64,000 nucleotides of DNA from an uncultured Candidatus Saccharibacteria bacterium (GTDB lineage Bacteria > Patescibacteriota > Saccharimonadia > Saccharimonadales > AWTP1-31). The notes under the pieces are model-generated. The model did not search any database and had not been told where the DNA came from. It saw only the letters and a list, made by a program, of their open reading frames with translations. Of the stretch, positions 43,029-52,242 are shown piece after piece. Position 1 is the stretch's first letter; every line of letters starts with the position of its first letter. Location of the stretch: the NCBI GenBank assembly GCA_964629815.1, contig CAZVTA010000001.1, positions 10,100 through 74,099 of the forward strand. The letters run 5' to 3'. The position numbers and the translations under genes were made by a program.

Positions 43029-45632
43029 ATGAAGCAAGTAATTAAGAAAGTATTGGGCGATCCTCAGGCAAAAACACTGAAAAGACTGACAAAACGCGTC
43101 AAGGCTATTAATGCTCTTGGCGATCAGTATAAGAAGCTTACCGACAAACAGCTTCAGAATAAAACCAATGAATTTAAAAAACGCCTGCAAAAAGAGTCTT
43201 TGGATGCTTTACTGCCTGAAGCATTTGCGGCGGCTCGAGAGGCGGCAACGCGCACACTTGGACAACGGCACTTCGATGTACAGCTAATTGGTGGGATGGC
43301 TTTACATGAGGGTTCGGTTGCCGAGATGAAAACCGGTGAGGGTAAGACGCTGGTAGCGACCGCACCAGTTTATCTGAATGCACTTACAGGTAAAGGTGTT
43401 CATGTTGTAACGGTGAACGATTATCTTGCGCAGCGTGACGCAGGCTGGATGGGGCAGGTCTACGCTTTCCTCGGTTTAACAACGGGCGTTATTATCGCAG
43501 ACGAGTCGTATATATTTGACGCAAACTTCACCAATAAAGAACATGATGACGAGCGATTCCGTCATCTTAAGCCGTGTACCCGACAAGAAGCATATCGTGC
43601 CGATATTACCTATGGAACGAACAATGAGTTCGGGTTTGATTATCTAAGAGATAACATGGTTAGGGAAGTTGATCAGCTTCGACAGAGAGACCTCTATTTT
43701 GCAATTGTTGACGAAGTTGATTCAATTCTTATCGATGAAGCACGTACGCCACTTATCATCTCTGCGCCTGCAACAAGCAGTGGTGCAGCGTATGGTCAGT
43801 TTTCCAAGGTTGCTAAGCAGCTCATACCAGACGATTATGAAGTAGATGAAAAGCGTAAGGCCGTTACACTTACAAACGACGGTGTTGATCATGTAGAGAA
43901 AATACTCGGCATAACCGATTTATATTCCGCTGATAACATTCGAACTATTTACCACCTTGAACAAGCTTTGCGTGCAGAAACACTGTTTAAGCGTGACAAA
44001 GACTATGTAATTACTTCAGATGGAGAAGTAGTGATCGTCGATGAGTTTACGGGCCGTCTTCTCAAGGGGAGGCGCTATAACGAAGGGCTGCATCAAGCGA
44101 TAGAAGCAAAAGAAGGTGTCGAGGTTCAAGAAGAGTCTATGACCCTTGCAACGATTAGCTTTCAGAATTATTTCCGTTTGTACGAAAAGATTTCTGGTAT
44201 GACGGGTACGGCAATAACAGAAAGTGAAGAGTTTCATCAGATATATAAGCTTGATGTATTAGAAATTCCTTCGAACAGGCAAGTTGCGCGTATCGATCGA
44301 CCAGATAGAATTTACAAAACCGAAATGGGCAAGTTTCGTGCTATCGCAAAAGAAGTAAAAATGCTTCACCAAAAAGGTCAGCCCGTACTAATCGGTACGG
44401 TATCTATCGAAAAAAACGAACTGCTGAGCAGTTTATTAAAAAATGCTGGGGTGCCTCATCAAATATTGAACGCAAAGAATAACGAAAAAGAGGCTGCAAT
44501 TGTCGCCAAAGCAGGAATGCGTGGTGCGGTAACTCTAGCGACCAACATTGCCGGTCGCGGTACGGATATTGTGCTTACCGATGAGGTTAAAGAGCTAGGC
44601 GGTTTGTTCGTGCTCGGTTCAGAACGACACGAATCAAGGAGAATTGATAACCAGTTACGTGGTAGGTCGGGGCGTCAGGGTGACCCTGGTGTAACACAAT
44701 TTTTTGTCAGTACCGAAGACGATCTTATGAGGATATTTGGTGGTGAGAGAATTGCTGTAGTCATGGACAGGTTGAATGTTGACGACGAGACTCCGATCGA
44801 GAATCGAATTATTTCGAGAAGCCTAGAGGCTGCGCAAAAGAAAGTCGAAGGACATAACTTTGATCAGCGCAAGAACGTTGTGCAATATGACGATGTGATG
44901 AACCGGCACCGCAAAGCAACCTATATTATGCGCAAAGAAATTCTTGTACAAGACGACATCAGTGCACGCATTAAGATATTTCTTGAACAAGAGGCAGATA
45001 GAATCGTTAGGCATCCACTTGCAACGACTGAGCAGTACGAACAAGTTATCCTAGATGTATTTCCATTTGATGAAACAACGCTAGATTTATTATTCGAGAC
45101 CAATGCCGACAAGTTTCCGCAAGTATTAAAGCAACAAATTCATAGTCTATACGCAGATCGCGAAAAAAGCTTTACGCCAGAAGTTATGCGAAAAGTTGAA
45201 AGAGACGTGTACCTGCAAATACTCGATAACTTGTGGATGCAGCATCTAGAGAATATGGATCATCTGCGTGAAGGTATCCATTGGATTAGTGTTGGACAAC
45301 GAGATCCGCTGGTGGAATATCGAAGACAAGGTCAGCGTCTTTTTGAAGAGATGCAGCTTTCGTTGCGCTCTGATGTTGTTCGCGCTCTCTTTAGTGCAGA
45401 GCCCGTAGAAGAAGGTGAGCTTGATAAACCGGTAGAGACCGATTTAACGAGAGCTGCACGACAGTCTGTAGATAATGCTGATAAGATCATCGAAGCAGAA
45501 GAGTTTCATGAAGAAGACTTTATTGGCGGACAAACAAAACAGCTTGGCGGAACAAAGAAAAAGATTACAACCGAGAAAAGAAAAAAAGCGCGAAAAGCAG
45601 AACGCAAGCGGCGAGCAAAAAAGCGAAAGTAA
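43029..45632 (+). CDS. secA: Preprotein translocase ATPase SecA
   Basis: MKTGEGKTLVA Walker A, DEVDSILIDEARTPLIIS, TNIAGRGTDI, and GRSGRQGDPG. The C-terminus is a Lys/Arg tail without the zinc-binding motif. Confidence 0.97.
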   Translation: MKQVIKKVLGDPQAKTLKRLTKRVKAINALGDQYKKLTDKQLQNKTNEFKKRLQKESLDALLPEAFAAAREAATRTLGQRHFDVQLIGGMALHEGSVAEMKTGEGKTLVATAPVYLNALTGKGVHVVTVNDYLAQRDAGWMGQVYAFLGLTTGVIIADESYIFDANFTNKEHDDERFRHLKPCTRQEAYRADITYGTNNEFGFDYLRDNMVREVDQLRQRDLYFAIVDEVDSILIDEARTPLIISAPATSSGAAYGQFSKVAKQLIPDDYEVDEKRKAVTLTNDGVDHVEKILGITDLYSADNIRTIYHLEQALRAETLFKRDKDYVITSDGEVVIVDEFTGRLLKGRRYNEGLHQAIEAKEGVEVQEESMTLATISFQNYFRLYEKISGMTGTAITESEEFHQIYKLDVLEIPSNRQVARIDRPDRIYKTEMGKFRAIAKEVKMLHQKGQPVLIGTVSIEKNELLSSLLKNAGVPHQILNAKNNEKEAAIVAKAGMRGAVTLATNIAGRGTDIVLTDEVKELGGLFVLGSERHESRRIDNQLRGRSGRQGDPGVTQFFVSTEDDLMRIFGGERIAVVMDRLNVDDETPIENRIISRSLEAAQKKVEGHNFDQRKNVVQYDDVMNRHRKATYIMRKEILVQDDISARIKIFLEQEADRIVRHPLATTEQYEQVILDVFPFDETTLDLLFETNADKFPQVLKQQIHSLYADREKSFTPEVMRKVERDVYLQILDNLWMQHLENMDHLREGIHWISVGQRDPLVEYRRQGQRLFEEMQLSLRSDVVRALFSAEPVEEGELDKPVETDLTRAARQSVDNADKIIEAEEFHEEDFIGGQTKQLGGTKKKITTEKRKKARKAERKRRAKKRK

Positions 45633-46919
45633 ATGAAGCACATTGTTACTGAAGTTGAACTTGAAAATGGCGCTAGGGGTTTATTGATTCATATACCTGG
45701 TGCAAGTGTCATGAGTTACGAAATTAGCTTTAGGGCTGGAGAGTTTCTTGTTGACGAAAATAAATGGGAGGCTCCACACTTGATGGAGCATATATTGCTT
45801 GGTGCAAATGAACAGTATCCGCGCACGAGGGACTTCCAGTCAGAGTTTGAAAAAAATGGTGCCTATTCTAACGCCTCGACAGGTACATACGATATAACGT
45901 ACGAAGCGGAATGTGCAGATTTTGAGTGGGATCGGATTTTACAGTTGCTTCTTTTGTCGATTTCAAAGCCATTGTTTTTGGCAGATGAGTTCCTCGCAGA
46001 GTTTGGAAACGTGACTGAAGAGTTGACGTCACGATCGAATAATCATTTTAGGCATCTGTGTCTTGCGCTTCGAAATCAATACGGATTCAAGGTCAAGACC
46101 GATCAAGAGCGTTTAGAATTAATGTATAACGTTACAGTGAACGATATAGTACAGCACTATAAGAATACTCATACAACAAGTAACTTGCGTTTTGTGTTTG
46201 CGGGAAAGCTTACAGCTGTTCGAAAAAAGAAAATAGAAAAACTTATGTCTACAATCGCGCTGCCGGAAGGTGACGGTAGAAAGGTTATACCCCCAGAGAT
46301 TCCTAAGCGCTTGAACAGGCCACTATACATTGTTAATGACACCATTGATAATCTGTATTTTTATCTTGATACGTTCACCAAGCATGCTCTGAGCGATAAG
46401 CATATAGATAGTCTTAGTCTATTGAATAGTATGCTAACCGAAACCTATTACTCAAGGATTCTAGGAGCCGCCCGGGAACGAGGGTTGGTTTATCATTTAA
46501 GTTCTGGAGTTGGGAACTTTAGCCATGCTGCGAACTGGTGGTTTGCCGCACAGATTTTGCCACAAAATATTTCAGAACTTTATGACATTATTGTATCCGA
46601 GATACAGGACGTACTTGCCGGCAACATTACAAGCAAAGAGATGAGAGCGGCAAAGCAATATGCGCTCGGTAAGCACCAACGGAGTGGACAGACCGTATCA
46701 GGGATATTGTCTGCGTATAGTAATCGGTATTTTTTTGACGAGGTAATCGAGGATCACTATCAGGTGCCTCGCCGAATCAGAGCTATCAATCGTGACTTGA
46801 TTGTCGACGCAGCGCAAGAAATGTTCGCAGACAATGTGTGGGGTCTGGGGGTTCTGGGTGTTTCGAGTAAGCAAAGTCTAGATGCGCTACGTAAGCAACT
46901 TTCGGTGCTATGGAAGTAA
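45633..46919 (+). CDS. M16-family (pitrilysin/insulinase-like) zinc peptidase
   Basis: Inverted zinc motif HLMEH (HxxEH) near the N-terminus. Two-domain length of 428 aa. Confidence 0.8.
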   Translation: MKHIVTEVELENGARGLLIHIPGASVMSYEISFRAGEFLVDENKWEAPHLMEHILLGANEQYPRTRDFQSEFEKNGAYSNASTGTYDITYEAECADFEWDRILQLLLLSISKPLFLADEFLAEFGNVTEELTSRSNNHFRHLCLALRNQYGFKVKTDQERLELMYNVTVNDIVQHYKNTHTTSNLRFVFAGKLTAVRKKKIEKLMSTIALPEGDGRKVIPPEIPKRLNRPLYIVNDTIDNLYFYLDTFTKHALSDKHIDSLSLLNSMLTETYYSRILGAARERGLVYHLSSGVGNFSHAANWWFAAQILPQNISELYDIIVSEIQDVLAGNITSKEMRAAKQYALGKHQRSGQTVSGILSAYSNRYFFDEVIEDHYQVPRRIRAINRDLIVDAAQEMFADNVWGLGVLGVSSKQSLDALRKQLSVLWK

Positions 46920-46923
46920 TGGC

Positions 46924-48006
46924 GTGGATGAAATAAAAAAATCATCATCTGCGCTGCTGCAACAGATTACGCAATCTATGGACTTGCTTGGGATAGAGAA
47001 GCGGCAAAGAGAACTAGATGATCATCGTAACCAGTCGCAAGATGCAGATTTTTGGTCAGACCCCGTACGAGCCCAAAAAGTAATGCAGAAGATTGCTGAG
47101 CTACAAAGTTTTGTAGAGCCATGGATAGTAGTGCGAGATCAGGTCCAAGATTTGGTTGAGCTTTCAGAGAGCGAGGACACGACTCTACAGGCAGAGCTAG
47201 AAAAATCATTGTATTCGCTACAGCAATCATATGACTCATTAAAGCAACAGCTTCGTTTTAGAGGCGAATATGATAGATTGGGCGCGATTATTACGTTGAC
47301 GGCAGGGGCTGGAGGAACTGACGCCCAAGATTGGACACAAATGTTGTTCAGAATGTATAGTCGATGGGCAGAAAAACAAGGCTTTACGATGACGATATTA
47401 GACGAGGCTGCTGGTGAGGAGGCGGGTTTGAAGCGCGTTGTAGCCTCTATAGAAGGATCATTTGCGTACGGGCAATTACGAGCAGAGCATGGCGTGCATC
47501 GATTGGTTCGCCTTAGTCCATTTAATGCAGATAACTTGAGGCAAACAAGCTTTGCCAAGGTCGAGGTTGTCCCAAAGATAGATGATGAGTCTACAGTTGA
47601 TCTGGACGAATCTAGCTTGAAGATTGATGTATTTAGGGCTGGAGGGCATGGAGGTCAGAGTGTTAATACTACCGACTCAGCGGTGCGCATAACCCACATT
47701 CCTACGGGCATAACAGTTTCTATACAAAATGAGCGATCGCAATTACAAAACAAGGCAACAGCGCTTACGATACTTCGATCGAGATTGGCACAACTAAAGA
47801 TTGAACAACATCAGAATAAAATCAATGATCTTAAAGGGCCAAACCAGTCTGCAGAGTGGGGTAATCAAATTAGGAGCTATGTTCTGCACCCCTATAAGCA
47901 AGTGAAAGATGTTCGTACAAAACAAGAAACGAGTAATGTAGATGCTGTGCTCAACGGAGATATACAGTCATTTATTGATGCATATCTCGAACAGCATCTT
48001 GCGTAG
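46924..48006 (+). CDS. prfB: Peptide chain release factor 2 (no programmed frameshift)
   Basis: SPF tripeptide (RLSPFN) and GGQ (GGHGGQSVN). Continuous frame from GTG 46924 (VDEIKKSSSALL...), preceded by GGAAG. The track's ATG 46882 lies inside the M16 gene. Confidence 0.92.
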   Translation: MDEIKKSSSALLQQITQSMDLLGIEKRQRELDDHRNQSQDADFWSDPVRAQKVMQKIAELQSFVEPWIVVRDQVQDLVELSESEDTTLQAELEKSLYSLQQSYDSLKQQLRFRGEYDRLGAIITLTAGAGGTDAQDWTQMLFRMYSRWAEKQGFTMTILDEAAGEEAGLKRVVASIEGSFAYGQLRAEHGVHRLVRLSPFNADNLRQTSFAKVEVVPKIDDESTVDLDESSLKIDVFRAGGHGGQSVNTTDSAVRITHIPTGITVSIQNERSQLQNKATALTILRSRLAQLKIEQHQNKINDLKGPNQSAEWGNQIRSYVLHPYKQVKDVRTKQETSNVDAVLNGDIQSFIDAYLEQHLA

Positions 48007-48046
48007 AGTGCGTATGCTTTTGCATAGCGCATGGTATAAGAACCAT

Positions 48047-48075
48047 TTGTAGCAAAAGCGTTAGCGCTTTATAAT
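48047..48075 (+). promoter_or_regulatory. Predicted promoter of ftsE (TTGTAG - 17 nt - TATAAT)
   Basis: TTGTAG at 48047-52 and TATAAT at 48070-75. ATG 48085 is 9 nt downstream with no SD. Confidence 0.45.
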
Positions 48076-48084
48076 AGATCAGAC

Positions 48085-48771
48085 ATGATATTGCTGGATA
48101 GAGTTACGAAGGTATACAACACAAACGCAGGCTCAGCGCTGGATAGGATTAATCTACATGTAGAAGCCAAAGAGTTTGTGATTATTGTTGGCGCAAGTGG
48201 TGCAGGAAAGTCGACACTCTTAAAGCTGTTAACTCGAGAAGAGAAGCCGACAAGCGGTAAGATTATTGTAGGCGGCATAGACTATGAATCGCTTAAGGAT
48301 AAAGAGATTCCTCTTTTGCGACGTAAAATTGGCGTGGTTTTTCAGGACTTTAAATTACTACCTAATAAGACCGTGTTTGAGAATGTTGCCTTTGCGCTTG
48401 AGATCGTAGGCATGGGCAATAAAGAGATACGCAATACTGTGCCGCGTGTACTCGATATAGTGGGATTAAAGGGCAAAGAAAATCGAATGCCGCTTGAGCT
48501 TTCAGGTGGTGAAAGACAGCGTGTGGCGATTGCGCGCGCCATTGTACGACAGCCACGTATTCTTATTGCAGATGAGCCAACAGGCAATCTTGATCCAAAG
48601 CATGCCTGGGATGTGATACGCGTATTAGAAAAGATTAATCGATTTGGCACTACAGTTATATTGACGACCCACAATCAAGAAATTGTTAATAAGCTCAAGA
48701 GAAGAGTGATTACTATTCAAGATGGAAAGATCGTGAGTGATCGTGCGAGTGCCGCGGAGTACAAAGTATGA
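48085..48771 (+). CDS. ftsE: Cell division ATP-binding protein FtsE
   Basis: Walker [24 protein letters not shown], and [11 protein letters not shown]. Followed by ftsX with a 4-nt overlap. Confidence 0.94.
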   Translation: MILLDRVTKVYNTNAGSALDRINLHVEAKEFVIIVGASGAGKSTLLKLLTREEKPTSGKIIVGGIDYESLKDKEIPLLRRKIGVVFQDFKLLPNKTVFENVAFALEIVGMGNKEIRNTVPRVLDIVGLKGKENRMPLELSGGERQRVAIARAIVRQPRILIADEPTGNLDPKHAWDVIRVLEKINRFGTTVILTTHNQEIVNKLKRRVITIQDGKIVSDRASAAEYKV

Positions 48772-49715
48772 GTATGACGCCACATCTTATTACGTTGCGT
48801 CGCATCGTTCGAACGGGTATGGTTAACTTTATCCGTAACGCATGGCTCGGCATGGCAGCCATGGCTGTCATGGTTATAACGCTCACCATTGTGTTGTTTT
48901 CGATTATCGCCAATGCAACGTTTAATAATACAGTCACACAGATAACCGATAAGATTGATGTTTCGGTTTACCTAAAAGATTCAGTTACCGAACAGAAAAG
49001 AGAAGATCTAATTAGTCAATTGTCACGACTGGAAAATGTAAAGAGTGTTAGTTTTGTTTCAAAAGACCAGGCACTGGAAACATACAAGAAACAAAATGCT
49101 AATAACCTTGATCTTCTGCTCGCAATTTCTCAAACGGACAATCCGCTACCGGCTAGTCTTCAGATCAAGCCAAGAGATCCAAACAGAATAGAATCAATCA
49201 AGCAGTTTCTCGAGCGTAAAGACATAAAAGATTTGCAGTCTGACGAGACATCATATTCAGGTGACCGTAAGGAAGCGATTGATAAAATTACCAGTGCAAC
49301 ACACTTTTTTCAAAGAGCGGGCGTAGTGAGTGTTGTTGTGTTTGCGTTTATATCTATGCTCATTATCTTTAATACGATTCAGATGGCAATATTCAACCGG
49401 CGAGATGAGATTACGATTATGCGCCTGCTTGGTGCCAGTACGAACTATATTCGTGGGCCCTTTATTGTCGAGAGTATGATTTACGGCATTGTTTCAGGAA
49501 TATTGTCGATTAGTATTGTCCATTCATTATTTGCGATTTCGTCCAAAGCGTTTGAGGCAAGTAGTTTGGGGTTGCTCGATATTAATTTCTCTAACCAGTA
49601 CTTTCTTCGTTACTACTGGGCCTTTCTGGGCCTGCAGGTTGGTGTGGGTATTTTGATCGGCGCGGTCTCTTCGTTAATTGCTACGAGAAGGTATTTGAAA
49701 TTCAAGACAAGCTAA
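48768..49715 (+). CDS. ftsX: Cell division permease-like protein FtsX
   Basis: 315 aa. N-terminal TM, about 130-aa external domain (VSVYLKD...VKSVSFVSKDQAL), and 3 C-terminal TMs. Confidence 0.92.
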   Translation: MSMTPHLITLRRIVRTGMVNFIRNAWLGMAAMAVMVITLTIVLFSIIANATFNNTVTQITDKIDVSVYLKDSVTEQKREDLISQLSRLENVKSVSFVSKDQALETYKKQNANNLDLLLAISQTDNPLPASLQIKPRDPNRIESIKQFLERKDIKDLQSDETSYSGDRKEAIDKITSATHFFQRAGVVSVVVFAFISMLIIFNTIQMAIFNRRDEITIMRLLGASTNYIRGPFIVESMIYGIVSGILSISIVHSLFAISSKAFEASSLGLLDINFSNQYFLRYYWAFLGLQVGVGILIGAVSSLIATRRYLKFKTS

Positions 49716-49767
49716 ATGAGCACGGTCGATACCGTTTGTCGAGATTATGGTATTATAATAAGTACTT

Positions 49768-50943
49768 ATGCTAATACAAAAACACGCTATTCGAGCAATT
49801 ATGCAGCGCCTTCGTGTGCTGGGTGTTTTAGTTTTTGCGCTCGTGCTTGTCGGGGGTTTCGCTGCCAAATTTGTATATGCAGATCAATTTGAGCAGCAAA
49901 TACGCGAACTTCAGCAACAGAATAATGATAAGCAGCAGAAGATACAGGCCCTTCAGGTAGAGGCGGGGAGCCTGGAGGCAACAATAAGCGGGCTTGCTAA
50001 GCAGATCAATGGTTTGCAAAGCGAGATAGACACCAATGAAAAAAAGAAAGAAGACCTAGAGAAGCAGATTGCCGATGCCGAGGTAGAGCTTGCTAAACAA
50101 AGGCGGGTGCTCGGCGAGAATATAAAAGCGATGTATTTAGAAGGTCAGATTTCCACGCTTGAAATGTTGGCAAGTAGCAAAGACTTGAGTGAGTTCGTAG
50201 ACAAAGAACAATATCGTAATTCTGTTAAAGATAAAATTAAGACAACACTCGATAAAGTGACGGCGCTTAAAAACCAGCTGCGGACTCAGAAGAGCCAAGT
50301 CGAGGTGCTCATAAAAGAGAAGCAGGGGCTTCAAGATCAGATAAGTGCCCAAAAGGCTGAGCAAGATAGGCTACTCGGACTTAATCAGTCTGAGCAAGCT
50401 GCCACCGATAAGCAAATCAAAGATAACTATAATAAGATTATGGACCTAAAGCGGCAACAGGCGATTGAGAATATGCGCTTGTTTGGTGGCGGCGGAGGAA
50501 CTATTGGCGGCGGTGGCTATCCCTGGGGTAGTGCGGTCTGTCTTCATACCGGCGCAGTTGACGGGCCTTGCTGGAATTACGACTGGTCTGTTGGTGGATC
50601 GGTTTGGAACTGGCAAACGGGTGGCTACGGCTATCGTAACTGCACAGACTGGGTATCATTCAGAGTTCGATCAACTGGGCGGATGGTGCCGAGTGGTCTG
50701 GGTAATGCAAACACTTGGGATGACAGGGCTCCAGCATACGGATACACTGTCAGCAGCTCACCAAAAGAAGGCGCGGCAGCCGTAAGCAACAGCGGCAATT
50801 ATGGTCATGTTATGTATGTAGAAGCGGTCAATGGCGACGGTTCGATTATCGTGAGCGACTACAATCGAGCAGGTACAGGAAAATATGATATGACACGATT
50901 AAGCCCGTCAGTTGCTTCGTCGTTGCGGTATGTATATTTCTAA
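49768..50943 (+). CDS. Secreted coiled-coil + CHAP-domain peptidoglycan hydrolase (PcsB-like)
   Basis: Signal/anchor sequence, about 200 aa of heptad-rich coiled coil (QQIRELQQQNNDKQQKIQALQ...), Gly-rich linker, and CHAP catalytic Cys (RNCTDWVSFR) and His (GHVMYVEAV). Confidence 0.85.
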   Translation: MLIQKHAIRAIMQRLRVLGVLVFALVLVGGFAAKFVYADQFEQQIRELQQQNNDKQQKIQALQVEAGSLEATISGLAKQINGLQSEIDTNEKKKEDLEKQIADAEVELAKQRRVLGENIKAMYLEGQISTLEMLASSKDLSEFVDKEQYRNSVKDKIKTTLDKVTALKNQLRTQKSQVEVLIKEKQGLQDQISAQKAEQDRLLGLNQSEQAATDKQIKDNYNKIMDLKRQQAIENMRLFGGGGGTIGGGGYPWGSAVCLHTGAVDGPCWNYDWSVGGSVWNWQTGGYGYRNCTDWVSFRVRSTGRMVPSGLGNANTWDDRAPAYGYTVSSSPKEGAAAVSNSGNYGHVMYVEAVNGDGSIIVSDYNRAGTGKYDMTRLSPSVASSLRYVYF

Positions 50944-50993
50944 GTCGGCTGTAAAATAATGAGAAGAATAGTAATTAATGTGGAGGAGATTGT

Positions 50994-52178
50994 ATGCATA
51001 TGCCCAAAAAACAACAAATAGTTAGGTCTTTAGCGGGCGGACTTGTGCTGTTTTGGGTGTTTGCCGCTGGAGTCATGTACGGCCGTGGTTCTTTCTCACT
51101 TGGTAGCGTTTCAAACAACAGTAAGCTGCCAGATAATTTGAACTATGCCAGTGTAGAGCAAACATACGATATTCTGCGGTCTCGATATGATGGCCGACTC
51201 GATCAAAATACGCTCCTCGATGGCTTAAAAGAAGGCCTTGCGCGTGCAAGTGGTGATCCATACACGGAATATATGAATCCAAAAGATGCGAACTCATTTA
51301 ACGAAGGTTTTACAGGTTCATTCACGGGCATTGGCGCAGTGCTTGGCAAGAACGAGCAAGGAAATGTCATTGTTGTGTCTCCGATTGATGGTTTTCCTGC
51401 AAAACAGGCTGGTCTTCTGCCCAAAGATGTTATCGCCGAGGTTAATGGAGAGGATGCTTCTGCTTGGACTGTTGACAAAGCGGTTGATAAGATACGCGGG
51501 CCAAAAGATACAGTCGTTAAGCTGAAGATAGTTCGAAGTGGTGCGGTTATTGATGTCGAAATTACGCGAGACACTATTACTATTCCAAGTGTTGAATCAA
51601 AAATCCTCGATGGAAATATTGGATACCTAAAGATAACGCAGTTTGGTGATGACACAGTTGAGCTTGCACAACAGGCGGCAAAGAGCTTCAAAGAGAAGGC
51701 AGTTACGGGGGTTGTACTTGATCTCAGAGGAAATCCAGGAGGGTATCTTGAAGGAGCTGTTGATGTGTCGAGTTTGTGGTTGCAAAACTCAACGGTCCTT
51801 AAAGAAAAGCGAGACGGCAAGCTTATGCGAACCTACAATGCGCGCGGCATTGCAACACTCAGTGGCGTTAAGACGGTTGTGCTCATCGATGAAGGTAGTG
51901 CCAGTGCCAGCGAAATTACGGCTGGTGCGCTTCGAGATAATAATGCTGCTAAGCTCGTAGGTGTAAAAAGTTTTGGAAAGGGCAGCGTCCAAGAGATTCA
52001 AAAACTACCAAACGGGGGAATATTAAAAGTTACGATAGCACGGTGGTTTACGCCTAAAGATAAAAATATCGACAAAGAAGGAATTTTGCCCGACAAAGAA
52101 GTCAAGCTGTCCTCAGAAGATATAAAAAATGCTAAAGATCCTCAGTTAGACGCAGCAAAGCTAGAAATAACAGAGTAA
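50994..52178 (+). CDS. C-terminal processing peptidase (S41 family, Ctp) with a PDZ domain
   Basis: PDZ (FPAKQAGLLPKDVIAEVNG), DLRGNPGGYL, catalytic Ser context GSASASEI, and Lys context KSFGKGSVQ. SD GGAGG lies upstream. Confidence 0.92.
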   Translation: MHMPKKQQIVRSLAGGLVLFWVFAAGVMYGRGSFSLGSVSNNSKLPDNLNYASVEQTYDILRSRYDGRLDQNTLLDGLKEGLARASGDPYTEYMNPKDANSFNEGFTGSFTGIGAVLGKNEQGNVIVVSPIDGFPAKQAGLLPKDVIAEVNGEDASAWTVDKAVDKIRGPKDTVVKLKIVRSGAVIDVEITRDTITIPSVESKILDGNIGYLKITQFGDDTVELAQQAAKSFKEKAVTGVVLDLRGNPGGYLEGAVDVSSLWLQNSTVLKEKRDGKLMRTYNARGIATLSGVKTVVLIDEGSASASEITAGALRDNNAAKLVGVKSFGKGSVQEIQKLPNGGILKVTIARWFTPKDKNIDKEGILPDKEVKLSSEDIKNAKDPQLDAAKLEITE

Positions 52179-52242
52179 TTTGCTTGCATAATGGTGGATT
52201 TACCGGTATTATCTTGCATAGAAAGTGAGAGGTAAATATACG

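Noticed and set aside
46882-46923. ATG 46882 as the prfB start, and the mini-ORF ATGGCGTGGATGAAATAA overlapping the M16 stop as a frameshift ORF0
   Set aside because: The 14 extra residues overlap the M16 peptidase C-terminus and are not RF2-like. The mini-ORF lacks the CUU UGA C shift site and internal SD. GTG 46924 gives a normal-length RF2.
52183-52220. 8-bp direct repeat CTTGCATA (52183-90 and 52213-20) upstream of pyrG as a possible operator
   Set aside because: It is too short. A repeat of this size within 40 bp is expected by chance a few times in the intergenic DNA of a window this size, and I have no known motif to tie it to.
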